Of a DNA stretch of 38,969 nucleotides, positions 1 through 8,083 are shown piece after piece. A program made the translations under genes and the position numbers. The stretch's first letter is position 1. Each line of letters opens with the position of its first letter. Origin of the DNA: an uncultured Candidatus Saccharibacteria bacterium (GTDB lineage Bacteria > Patescibacteriota > WWE3 > UBA101185 > UBA10185). The DNA lies in the NCBI GenBank assembly GCA_964525475.1, contig CAZGHA010000001.1:13029-51997 (forward strand), given 5' to 3'. The notes beneath the pieces are model-generated. The model did not search any database. It was not told where the DNA came from and saw only the letters and a program-made list of their open reading frames with translations.

Positions 1-1020
1 GCTTATACTGATTTTGCAGATCCTCCGGCTCCCTACGGCAGTTTGTTAAAAGTAGAAAGATGGTACGCCAGGGATACAAACTATTCACCGGATTTTGTGA
101 CCTCAATGGATGAGTTTTTAGGATATTACAATTGGGCAGGAAGAATAAATCCCTATGAAATAAAACCTGTAGACGGAATTATTGCAATTGACACAAATGT
201 AATTGCCGAGCTTTTAGAAGTCACAGGACCGGTTACTGTTAATGGAACAACTTATACTCAGGAAAATGTGGTTTTAGAACTTGAAAAAATTGCCTCACTG
301 GCTTTGGCTGAGCAAGCTAATAGAAAAAGGGTTTTAGGTGACTTGATGCAAGGTATGTTAATAAATGTTTTTGAAGCTGATAGCAATTTGTGGCCAAAAT
401 TAATTGACAAGGGCGTTGATCTTGCAATAAGAAAGCACATTTCAATTTATGTATTTAACGAAGAAGCTCAAGAACTCATAGATAGGTATGGTGTGGGAGG
501 AAGGATTAAGGAAAATGTTGATGGTGACTATTCTATGGTTGTTTCTACAAATCTAGGAGGAGATAAAACTAATTGGTTTACTAAAAAAGAAGTATCTCAC
601 ACCCTTGAAAAAGAAAACGATAGATGGATAAGAACAGTAAAAATTAAGTATCAATACACCGAGCCAAGTAGCGAATATAGCGCTTTGGTTAAAAGATTTA
701 GAGATTGGGTAAGGGTTTATGCTCCCGTTGGTTCAGAATTAATATCAGTAGAAGGTTCTGAAGCCGAAGCCTACAACATGTCTGATCAGGAAAGGAATAA
801 GGTATGGTTTAGTGGTTTTCTTGAACTTGGTCCAGGGGAATCAAAAGAAATAACTTTTAAGTATTATGTACCATCTGAAGTAATCGGCGAAAAAATATAT
901 AAGCTGGATATTCAGAAACAATCAGGTATTGATAGAGAAAAACATACGGTAACTTATGGTAATCAGACTAGAGAAATCGATTTATCCAAAGATACCTTTG
1001 TAGAAATACCTAAACAGTAG
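1..1020 (+). CDS. DUF4012-like protein, C-terminal part (5' end outside window)
   Basis: Frame 1 is open from nt 1 (AYTDFADPPAPYGSLLKVERWY...), so the listed start at 43 is probably internal. The block YSPDF..VDGIIAIDTNVIAELLEVTGPVTVNG..RKRVLGDL matches my recollection of DUF4012 proteins. Stop TAG 1018-1020. Confidence 0.55.
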   Translation, partial: AYTDFADPPAPYGSLLKVERWYARDTNYSPDFVTSMDEFLGYYNWAGRINPYEIKPVDGIIAIDTNVIAELLEVTGPVTVNGTTYTQENVVLELEKIASLALAEQANRKRVLGDLMQGMLINVFEADSNLWPKLIDKGVDLAIRKHISIYVFNEEAQELIDRYGVGGRIKENVDGDYSMVVSTNLGGDKTNWFTKKEVSHTLEKENDRWIRTVKIKYQYTEPSSEYSALVKRFRDWVRVYAPVGSELISVEGSEAEAYNMSDQERNKVWFSGFLELGPGESKEITFKYYVPSEVIGEKIYKLDIQKQSGIDREKHTVTYGNQTREIDLSKDTFVEIPKQ

Positions 1021-1027
1021 TATTGAT

Positions 1028-1753
1028 ATGAAAAAATATAATACTAAGGCTGTAGTTTTAAAGAGTCTTAAGTATAGGGATTCTGATAAAATTTTTACCC
1101 TTTTAACAAAAGAAAATGGAAAAATATCAGCTATTGCTAGAGGTGTGAGAAAAATAAGTTCAAGAAGAGGTGGTAATTTAGATACTTTAAACTTGGTCTT
1201 AGTCAGTATTCACGAAGATGGTGCTGGTTTTAAGAATATTGAAGAAGTAAAAACCATTGAATCTTTTAAAAATCTCAAAAAGGACTTTGATAGGTCTATG
1301 AAGGCCTATTATCTTATTGAGTTGATCCATCGAGCGACAGAGGAAGATGAGCAGTTTTCGCATATTTTTGATCTTTTATTGAAGTGTTTGAGGGCTTTGG
1401 ATAAAAATAACTACACTGGGGATTTATACGTGAGTTATTTTGAAATGAATCTAATGAAAATGTTGGGTTATCAAATGGGATTAGAAAAGTGCGGGGTGTG
1501 TGGAAAGAATTTAAGTGACGGCTGGGATAAATATTTTTTTAATGTGGAAAATGGAAGTATCGAGTGTGGCAACTGTTCTAAACTGGGAATAAATGTTTCT
1601 AAGAAATCTGCCATAGAGATGCAGAAAATTTACGAAGGTAAAGTTAGTAACGAGGCACATTTATTATTTCCAGAGATTGATAAGTTAATGAAAATGTACG
1701 TTGGAAGAAAGTTAGAGAGTAAATTTAAGAGTCTAGAGCTAGATTTTAAATGA
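1028..1753 (+). CDS. recO: DNA repair protein RecO
   Basis: 241 aa. N-terminal OB-fold-like pattern (KAVVLKSLKYRDSDKIFTLLTKENGKISAIARGVRK) and a C-terminal CxxC...CxxC zinc motif (CGVCGKNL..CGNC), as typical of RecO. Confidence 0.85.
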   Translation: MKKYNTKAVVLKSLKYRDSDKIFTLLTKENGKISAIARGVRKISSRRGGNLDTLNLVLVSIHEDGAGFKNIEEVKTIESFKNLKKDFDRSMKAYYLIELIHRATEEDEQFSHIFDLLLKCLRALDKNNYTGDLYVSYFEMNLMKMLGYQMGLEKCGVCGKNLSDGWDKYFFNVENGSIECGNCSKLGINVSKKSAIEMQKIYEGKVSNEAHLLFPEIDKLMKMYVGRKLESKFKSLELDFK

Positions 1754-1755
1754 TT

Positions 1756-1764
1756 TGATATACT
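1756..1764 (+). promoter_or_regulatory. extended -10 (TGaTATACT), 6 nt before glyQS ATG
   Basis: TG 1756-1757, TATACT 1759-1764, spacer aagtgc, ATG 1771. Lies inside the recO 3' end. No SD. Confidence 0.35.
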
Positions 1765-1770
1765 AAGTGC

Positions 1771-3147
1771 ATGGAAAAAACCGATAATCTACAACAAAAA
1801 ATTGTTTCACTATGTAAAAGAAGGGGATTTGTTTATCCAGGTTCCGATATTTACGGTGGTTTAGCTAACACATACGATTACGGACCTTTGGGTGTTTTGA
1901 TGATGAGGAATATTCAGAACCTTTGGTGGGAAAACTTCGTTACAAAGAGAGCGGAGATTTACGGTTTGGATACTGCAGTATTTATGGCTCCCGAAGTTTG
2001 GATTGCCTCAGGCCATACTGCAAATTTCACAGAAGTTTTGGTTGATTGCAAAGATTGTAAACAAAGAACAGGAGCAGAAAAATTAATTGAGGCTTTTTTT
2101 GAAAGCAAGGGTGAGACATTTAACGCTGGAGGAAAAACCCCAGAGGATTTAGAAAAGATAATAATTGAAAATAAAATTGCATGTCCCGAATGTGGAAAAA
2201 TAAATTGGACCAAACCACGAAAGTTTAACAATCTTTTCGAAACTCATATTGGAATTGTTCCTGAAAATCAATCTTTGAATTATTTAAGAGGTGAGTTGGC
2301 TCAGGGGATGTTTGTAAATTTTAAAAATGTTCTTGATTCTCAGAGACCTAGACTTCCATTTGGATTGGCTCAAACTGGAAAAGTATTTAGAAATGAGATC
2401 ACAAAAGGCAATTTTGTATTTAGAACCTTGGAATTTACTTTAATGGAGTTTGAGTATTTTTTTAATCCTGTAGTTCAAAAATGGGAAGATGTTTTTAATT
2501 ATTGGAAAAAGGAAATGAATGATTGGATTGTGTCTTTAGGAATTTCTCAGGAGAAATTAAGATGGAGAGTTCACTCTGATGAAGAAAGAGCTCATTATTC
2601 TAAACAAACCGAGGACTTGGATTTTGAATTTGCCGTTGGATTTAAAGAAATGTTTGGTTTGGCTTACAGAACTGATTTTGATTTAAAAAATCATATGGAA
2701 AAATCCGGCAGTGACCTTCAATATCTTGATCCTGATTCCGGTGAAAAGTTTATTCCTCACGTCATTGAGCCGACATTTGGTTCATCAAGAATATTTTTAG
2801 CTTTACTTACGCAAGGATACGCAGAAGAGAACGGAAGATTAGTATTAAAACTGGATAAAAGAGTTTCTCCTTATAGGGTGGCAGTATTTCCTTTAGTGAA
2901 AAATAAGGAAGAGTTAGTGAAAAAAGCAAAAGAAATCTACAATGACCTTTTAAATAGAGGTTTTTCAGTTGATTGGGATGATAGAGGAAATATTGGTAAA
3001 AGATATTTTGCACAAGATGAGGTAGGAACGCCTTATTGTGTGACTGTTGACTACCAAACCTTAGAAGATGGCACTGTAACTATTAGAGACAGGGATACCA
3101 TGGTTCAAGAGAGAGTAAGTATTCAAGATATCCCTTCAAAAATATAA
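1771..3147 (+). CDS. glyQS: glycine--tRNA ligase (dimeric class II type)
   Basis: 458 aa. Contains RGFVYPGSDIYGGLANTYDYGPLGVLMMRNI and FRNEITKGNFVFRTLEF (class II motif 2 region), plus a C-terminal anticodon-binding-like domain. Confidence 0.9.
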   Translation: MEKTDNLQQKIVSLCKRRGFVYPGSDIYGGLANTYDYGPLGVLMMRNIQNLWWENFVTKRAEIYGLDTAVFMAPEVWIASGHTANFTEVLVDCKDCKQRTGAEKLIEAFFESKGETFNAGGKTPEDLEKIIIENKIACPECGKINWTKPRKFNNLFETHIGIVPENQSLNYLRGELAQGMFVNFKNVLDSQRPRLPFGLAQTGKVFRNEITKGNFVFRTLEFTLMEFEYFFNPVVQKWEDVFNYWKKEMNDWIVSLGISQEKLRWRVHSDEERAHYSKQTEDLDFEFAVGFKEMFGLAYRTDFDLKNHMEKSGSDLQYLDPDSGEKFIPHVIEPTFGSSRIFLALLTQGYAEENGRLVLKLDKRVSPYRVAVFPLVKNKEELVKKAKEIYNDLLNRGFSVDWDDRGNIGKRYFAQDEVGTPYCVTVDYQTLEDGTVTIRDRDTMVQERVSIQDIPSKI

Positions 3148-3308
3148 CTTATATCGAGTAAATTTTTCATTGCGCATTTTTTAATTTGTAATTCGTAATA
3201 ATATCTTTCTACACCTTTTATGTTCCTGTTCTTCTAATTTTCCATTTTTTCTTATTTAATTTTCTTTTTTAAATTTTCTAAGACCCATCTCTTCGGGTTT
3301 TATTTGTA

Positions 3309-3346
3309 TTGACAACATTGGCTAAATGGTGGATATTGGATATAAC
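3309..3346 (+). promoter_or_regulatory. candidate dcw/mraZ promoter(s)
   Basis: Two options: TTGACA 3309-3314, 17 nt, GATATT 3332-3337; or TTGGCT 3318-3323, 17 nt, TATAAC 3341-3346. Preceded by about 150 nt of T-tract-rich DNA. Confidence 0.35.
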
Positions 3347-3364
3347 ATGGTGAGAAATGGTGAG
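3326..3364 (+). promoter_or_regulatory. putative MraZ operator: four direct repeats at about 10-bp phasing
   Basis: ATGGTGG 3326-3332, ATTGGAT 3335-3341, ATGGTGAG 3347-3354, ATGGTGAG 3357-3364. Described MraZ operators are arrays of short GTGG/TGGG-core direct repeats spaced about one helical turn apart, just upstream of mraZ. Confidence 0.45.
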
Positions 3365-3401
3365 GGTCATTTTAAGTTGTTCTGATAAATATTTTATGAA
3401 A

Positions 3402-3806
3402 ATGTTTCTTGGGGAATATCAACCAAATATCACCGAAGGATCAAGAATAGCTCTGCCCAAGAAACTTCGGGAACAAATAAAGGGAGAAGAATTAATTCTC
3501 TCTAAAGGCTTTGAAAGCTGTATTTTTGCTTATGATAAAGAAGATTGGTTATCAGAGGCTAGTAAGCAAATTGAAAACCCAATTACTGATTCAAGAACCA
3601 GAGACTTAAAAAGGTACATGTATTCCGGCGCAGTTGAAACCACGATAGACGCACAGGGAAGAATTGTAATTCCCAGTAATTTAAAAGATTACGCAGGGAT
3701 TAAACAAAAGACTGTGGTTATTGGTGCAGGTGACCATGTAGAAATTTGGGATGTTGATAAATGGAGTAAACATTCCGAGAAAATATCAGCAATTTTGTCT
3801 GCCTAA
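3402..3806 (+). CDS. mraZ: transcriptional regulator MraZ
   Basis: MFLGEYQPNI..GSRIALPKKLREQI and the second half DAQGRIVIPSNLKDYAGI are the two SpoVT/AbrB-like repeats of MraZ. The canonical MF.GE N-terminus begins at ATG 3402. Upstream in-frame ATGs at 3357 and 3396 are possible but fall in or next to the operator repeats. Confidence 0.85.
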   Translation: MFLGEYQPNITEGSRIALPKKLREQIKGEELILSKGFESCIFAYDKEDWLSEASKQIENPITDSRTRDLKRYMYSGAVETTIDAQGRIVIPSNLKDYAGIKQKTVVIGAGDHVEIWDVDKWSKHSEKISAILSA

Positions 3807-3814
3807 AAAGACAA

Positions 3815-4693
3815 ATGGAATACCACAAACCGGTACTTTTAAAAGAAACAATAGAAGCCTTAAAAGTAGAACAAGGAAAGAAATATATTGATGCTACTTT
3901 GGGGGACGCCGGACATACTTTAGAAATACTAAAGATGGGGGGCGAGGTTTTAGGAATAGAGATAAACGAAAATGCTTTAGATAGGGCAAAAGAAAGAATT
4001 AAGAAAGAAGGATTTGAAAAGAATTTTACAGGAGCTTTAGGGAACTTTAAAAATATAGAAGATATTGCCAGAGAAAAAGGTTTTAGCAAAGTAAGTGGGG
4101 TTATTTACGATTTAGGTTACAGCTCTTTTGAGTTGGAAAACATGGAATTGGGTTTAAGTTTTCAACTTGATGAGCCTTTGGATATGAGATTGGATAAAAA
4201 TTTAGGGGTAACTGCTGCCGACCTTGTTAATTCTCTAAGCGAAAAAGATTTATCTAGTCTAATTTATCAATATTCTGACGAAAGAATGGCTAGAAAAATT
4301 GCAAAAGCAATTGTAGATTCTCGTAATTTGAAGAAGGTGCAGACTACAGGCGACATTGTAGAAATAATAAAGTCTGTGTCTTCTCCAGGTTACGAACGAG
4401 GTAGGATAAACCCTGCCACAAGAACCTTTCAGGCTCTTCGAATCGTGGTAAACGACGAGATAGAGAACCTGAAAAAGTCACTGCCTCAGGCCGCGCGCCT
4501 ATTGCTGCCTGGTAGTGTGATCGTGCTGATCACCTTCCATTCATTGGAAGATAAAGTGGCTAAGGATTTTAGCCGCTGCGCGCGGCCTAGTGTAAATGAG
4601 GTTTACAAAAAACCTCTGGTACCTGCCGAAGAGGAGGTTAGAAATAACCCTCGTAGCAGAAGCGCTAAGTTAAGAGCTTTTGAAAAAATATGA
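3815..4693 (+). CDS. rsmH: 16S rRNA (cytosine1402-N4)-methyltransferase RsmH/MraW
   Basis: HKPVLLKETIEAL, DATLGDAGH, DLGYSSFEL, FQALRIVVNDE and FHSLEDKV motifs. Canonical position after mraZ. Confidence 0.9.
   Translation: MEYHKPVLLKETIEALKVEQGKKYIDATLGDAGHTLEILKMGGEVLGIEINENALDRAKERIKKEGFEKNFTGALGNFKNIEDIAREKGFSKVSGVIYDLGYSSFELENMELGLSFQLDEPLDMRLDKNLGVTAADLVNSLSEKDLSSLIYQYSDERMARKIAKAIVDSRNLKKVQTTGDIVEIIKSVSSPGYERGRINPATRTFQALRIVVNDEIENLKKSLPQAARLLLPGSVIVLITFHSLEDKVAKDFSRCARPSVNEVYKKPLVPAEEEVRNNPRSRSAKLRAFEKI
4488..4588. repeat. 11-bp GC-rich perfect inverted repeat inside rsmH
   Basis: AGGCCGCGCGC at 4488-4498 is the exact reverse complement of GCGCGCGGCCT at 4578-4588 (79-nt spacer). Embedded in a patch of about 56% G+C (hand count, 4481-4590). 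Confidence 0.6.
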
Positions 4694-5001
4694 TTAAGTT
4701 AAAAACAGATAACATATTAAAATTCGCCTTTATTTTTTCCGTGATCGCTTTTGTATCCAGTGTTGGATGTAAATTTTATCTTTGCAACAGCGTAACAGTT
4801 AAAAACGGTGAATTTGAAAAAACATCTTTAAGAAAAAAAGATCTCGAAGAGGATATAAACAGATTAAACGCTCTAAATTCCTCTCTTTCCTCTATTTCAT
4901 ACATTGAAAAAAGATCCTCAGAGTTAGGTTTTATTGAAATGGAAGACAGGTTGATTTCACTTGATTTAGACTCATCCACTCAAGTAGCCTTAGTTAATTA
5001 A
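4690..5001 (+). CDS. ftsL: FtsL-like cell division protein (single N-terminal TM plus coiled coil)
   Basis: 103 aa with a TM segment (FAFIFSVIAFVSSVG) followed by a heptad-like region. Start overlaps the rsmH stop (ATGA at 4690-4693). Canonical slot between rsmH and ftsI. Little sequence identity is expected for this family. Confidence 0.5.
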   Translation: MIKLKTDNILKFAFIFSVIAFVSSVGCKFYLCNSVTVKNGEFEKTSLRKKDLEEDINRLNALNSSLSSISYIEKRSSELGFIEMEDRLISLDLDSSTQVALVN

Positions 5002-5072
5002 ATTTTTTAAAAAATATTATTCCACAGTATTCTTTTATGTGTTCTATTTAGTAGTATTTATTTTGTTACAAA

Positions 5073-5080
5073 TGTAGAAT
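5073..5080 (+). promoter_or_regulatory. -10 element TGTAGAAT, 6 nt before ftsI ATG (internal dcw promoter?)
   Basis: TAGAAT 5075-5080, spacer aaaaaa, ATG 5087. No SD in the 85-nt ftsL-ftsI spacer. Confidence 0.35.
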
Positions 5081-5086
5081 AAAAAA

Positions 5087-7084
5087 ATGAGTCCAGTTAG
5101 AGAGAAAAGAAAGTTTTTACAAGAATGGCGAATTAACGCGGTTTTTATATTTTTTATCACTGGGTTTCTATTAGTCGTTCTAAGACTTTTTCAAATCCAA
5201 ATTCTTGACCATCAAGAATACCAAGCTTTAGCTGAAAGTCAGTATTCCAGTCAATTCGAAATCCCTGCAAAAAGAGGTGAGATTCTAAGTTCGGACGGAT
5301 ATATTTTAGCAGGAGCTAAGAGCAATTACTTAATGTTTGCAGAACCTAGAAAAATAGAAGATCCTTATCAAACTGCTATTGACCTTGCGGAGCTATTCGC
5401 TTCTATGAGATTTGAGGAACAAAATAAGCATTCTGATATTGTAGTGATGAAAAAAAATGATTCTGAAGAAAGCGGGGAAAGTGAGTTGGAGTTGGACAGT
5501 ATTGAAGAAGACGTCTCGTTAGGAATGACAGAAAACGAAATGTACGAAAAATATTTTAAGGATTTTTATAATTATATTTCTTCTGATCGTTTTTGGGTTC
5601 CAGTCATAAGAGATGTTAGTTCTGAAGAGAAAATTAAAATTGAGGAAAGCGGAATAGTTGGTGTTGGATTTGAGGAATACCCTGTTAGATATTATCCTGA
5701 AGGAACTTTAGCGAGTCATGTATTGGGATTTGTTGGAAGTACTGAGGAAGGAGAAAAAGTAGGGTATTTTGGAATCGAAGGTAGTTTAAATGAAGATTTA
5801 AGAGGCAAGCCCGGCAGGGTTATCGAAGAAACTGATGCTTTAGGAAACCCAATATTAATGGGAAATTACAAAACAGTATCTCCTGTTCAGGGGAGAGATG
5901 TTGTTTTAACAATAAACAGGATTGTTCAATATATTGTAGAAAAAAGTTTAAAAGCAGGTGTTGAAAAATACAGAGCATACTCTGGTAGTGTGATTGTTAT
6001 GGACCCTTTTACCGGAGAGATTGTTGCTATGGCAAATTATCCAACTTATGATCCCGCAAATTTCAATGCTGAGGAAGCTTTTGATGTAAAATTGGGTAGG
6101 AAAAATATTGAAAGGAAAAATTTAGCTATTTCTGATACTTACGAGCCAGGTTCCGTTATGAAGCCGTTGACTGTTTCCGCTGCAATAGACCTTAATATTG
6201 TTGGTCCTGAAACTACTTTTGTAGATAGCGGGCCTGTAGTTTATTCTACTTACACTATAAATAACTGGGATGGGAAACACCACGGTGTTCAAACCATCAC
6301 CCAGCTTCTCCAGAAATCTAATAACATTGGTGCTGCTTGGGTAGGTCATCAAGTTGGGAGAGATGGTTTGCATAAGTATTTGTCAGATTTTGGAATTGGG
6401 ACCAGAACAGGTGTTGATTTAGAAGGAGAAGATACCGGTATTCTTAGAAACAGCAAGGATTGGACTGACATTGATACTGCAAACATTTCCTTTGGACAGG
6501 GAGTTTCAGCGACTCCTTTGCAAGTTTTAACTGCCTTTAATGCCATTGCAAACGGTGGTTATTTAATGCAGCCAAAAATAATATCAAAACTTGTTGATGA
6601 GAAAGGTGTAACAGAAATACCATCAAAAAATGTTAGAAGGGTAATCACGAAGGAGACTTCAGATACAATGATTGATTTGCTTGAGAAAGCCGCTGAAGGC
6701 GGGGAAGCCAAGTTCTTTATATTAAAAGATTACAGAATATCAGGAAAAACCGGAACAGCTGAAATTCCGGAAGAAGGTAAATATTCCGCTAATAGAACTA
6801 ATGCTACTTTTGTTGGTTTTCTGACCAATTCCAAAGCCTTTTCATTAATTGTAAGACTTAGAGAACCTCAAGAATCACCTTGGGCTGCGGAAACGGCAGT
6901 TCCATTGTGGATGGAAATTGCTTCGGAACTTGTAAAATATTACGGAATACCTCCGGATACAGTTATAAAAAAAGAAACAAAAGTTGAAACAAAAACCGAG
7001 ATAGAAACTGAAACTGGGGTCGAGGTAGAAGTGGGGAGTGAGGTTGGGGATGAACCAGAGATTGAAATAACAGACGAAAACTAA
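5087..7084 (+). CDS. ftsI: class B penicillin-binding protein (FtsI/PBP2-type transpeptidase)
   Basis: N-terminal TM anchor, then transpeptidase motifs SVMK (SxxK), SNN (SxN) and KTGTA (KTG). Position after ftsL. Acidic E/T/V-rich C-terminal tail. Confidence 0.8.
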   Translation: MSPVREKRKFLQEWRINAVFIFFITGFLLVVLRLFQIQILDHQEYQALAESQYSSQFEIPAKRGEILSSDGYILAGAKSNYLMFAEPRKIEDPYQTAIDLAELFASMRFEEQNKHSDIVVMKKNDSEESGESELELDSIEEDVSLGMTENEMYEKYFKDFYNYISSDRFWVPVIRDVSSEEKIKIEESGIVGVGFEEYPVRYYPEGTLASHVLGFVGSTEEGEKVGYFGIEGSLNEDLRGKPGRVIEETDALGNPILMGNYKTVSPVQGRDVVLTINRIVQYIVEKSLKAGVEKYRAYSGSVIVMDPFTGEIVAMANYPTYDPANFNAEEAFDVKLGRKNIERKNLAISDTYEPGSVMKPLTVSAAIDLNIVGPETTFVDSGPVVYSTYTINNWDGKHHGVQTITQLLQKSNNIGAAWVGHQVGRDGLHKYLSDFGIGTRTGVDLEGEDTGILRNSKDWTDIDTANISFGQGVSATPLQVLTAFNAIANGGYLMQPKIISKLVDEKGVTEIPSKNVRRVITKETSDTMIDLLEKAAEGGEAKFFILKDYRISGKTGTAEIPEEGKYSANRTNATFVGFLTNSKAFSLIVRLREPQESPWAAETAVPLWMEIASELVKYYGIPPDTVIKKETKVETKTEIETETGVEVEVGSEVGDEPEIEITDEN

Positions 7085-7205
7085 GATGTTTTGATAATTA
7101 CGTTTATTATTCTTTAATTTTCCAAAATGTACCCTTTATCGCTTAATTCGTATTCCTGCATATTCTATTTTTAATAGACATTCCCTAATTGTAAAAATAA
7201 CAGAT

Positions 7206-7213
7206 TGTAATAT
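7206..7213 (+). promoter_or_regulatory. -10 element TGTAATAT, 9 nt before yraN GTG
   Basis: TAATAT 7208-7213, spacer tctgaattt, GTG 7223. Confidence 0.3.
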
Positions 7214-7222
7214 TCTGAATTT

Positions 7223-7594
7223 GTGAATACGAGGGATACAGGTAAGAAGGCAGAACGAATCGTGGTTAATTACTTAAAAAGCAGGGGCTACAAGATACTA
7301 AGAACTAACTGGACATGTTACGCCGGTGAAATAGATATAGTGGCCCTTAAAGGTGAAAACCTTTCTTTTGTAGAAGTAAAATCCGCCTTTAGCGGATTTT
7401 GTAGCCCCTGCGAACTGTTAACATTAAAAAAGAAAAAAAGTTTATCGAGATCTGTAAATAAATATTTATTGGAAAATTATCAAGACAACTCTAAAATTCC
7501 TGATTTCCAAATAGACCTAGTCTGTGTTCACAAATCAGACCAAAAAATATCCTTAAAACATTACAATAACATAGACTGTAGAAGTTATTTTTAA
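7223..7594 (+). CDS. yraN: YraN-family (UPF0102) endonuclease-like protein
   Basis: GTG start. GKKAERIVVNYLKSRGYKILRTNW..GEIDIVALKGENLSFVEVKS matches the YraN pattern. Confidence 0.75.
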   Translation: MNTRDTGKKAERIVVNYLKSRGYKILRTNWTCYAGEIDIVALKGENLSFVEVKSAFSGFCSPCELLTLKKKKSLSRSVNKYLLENYQDNSKIPDFQIDLVCVHKSDQKISLKHYNNIDCRSYF

Positions 7595-7634
7595 TGGTTT
7601 TTGAGATTTTTAACCCCTTCTCTCCATAAAACAG

Positions 7635-7663
7635 TTTACTTGCTCCATTTCATTTTGTAATAT
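7635..7663 (+). promoter_or_regulatory. promoter of the receiver/kinase pair
   Basis: TTTACT 7635-7640, 17-nt spacer ending in TG, TAATAT 7658-7663, then 6 nt to ATG 7670. Confidence 0.45.
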
Positions 7664-7669
7664 TACTGT

Positions 7670-8074
7670 ATGCCTAAGAAAATATTATTTATTGAAGATG
7701 ATGAGGGTTTTTATAACATTTTTTCTGTTCCCTTGAAAATGAAAGGATATGATATTGTTCGTGTGTCTGAAGGCAATTCAGCTGTTGAAAAAATTATCAC
7801 CGAAAAACCCGATTTGGTTTTATTAGATATTGTTTTGCCTGGAACAAGTGGGCTTGACGTTTTAAAAGAGCTTCGTGAAAGAGAGGAAACTCAATCTGTT
7901 GTTGTAATTATGCTCACAAATTTTGGAAGTGATGAAAACATCTCAAGAGCTATGGAATACGGAGCCAACGATTATTTGATGAAATACAACATAGTTCCTT
8001 CAGAACTTCCTGATAAGATTGCAGTATTTTTAGGTGAGGATCAGGATTTCAATGTTAAGGTTATGGAGTCTTAA
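7670..8074 (+). CDS. stand-alone response-regulator receiver (CheY-like, no output domain)
   Basis: 134 aa. Contains KILFIEDDE, the phospho-acceptor context LVLLDIVLPGTSG, MLTNFG and DYLMKY (conserved Lys). The protein ends right after the receiver fold. Confidence 0.85.
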   Translation: MPKKILFIEDDEGFYNIFSVPLKMKGYDIVRVSEGNSAVEKIITEKPDLVLLDIVLPGTSGLDVLKELREREETQSVVVIMLTNFGSDENISRAMEYGANDYLMKYNIVPSELPDKIAVFLGEDQDFNVKVMES

Positions 8075-8083
8075 TCTGCCAAC

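Noticed and set aside
3283-3304. Terminator after glyQS (ACCC-atctcttc-GGGT followed by TTTATTT)
   Set aside because: The stem is only 4 bp and it lies 135 nt downstream of the stop codon. Too weak to call.
3357-3401. ATG 3357 (or 3396) as the mraZ start
   Set aside because: ATG 3357 is part of the repeated ATGGTGAG operator unit. The canonical MraZ N-terminus MF.GE begins at 3402. Kept only as an alternative.
6968-7084. Periodic GAAAC/GAGGT-type repeats at the ftsI 3' end as a possible repeat array
   Set aside because: The repeats are imperfect and in-frame, and simply encode the E-T/E-V acidic tail. There is no spacer-repeat organisation.
7284-7408. Hairpin AAAATCCGC-cttta-GCGGATTTT (7378-7400) and 9-bp inverted repeat GGGGCTACA/TGTAGCCCC (7284-7292 and 7400-7408) inside yraN
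   Set aside because: Perfect 9-bp stems or inverted repeats at these distances are expected by chance about once or more in 39 kb. There is no T-tract beyond the stem and no supporting context.
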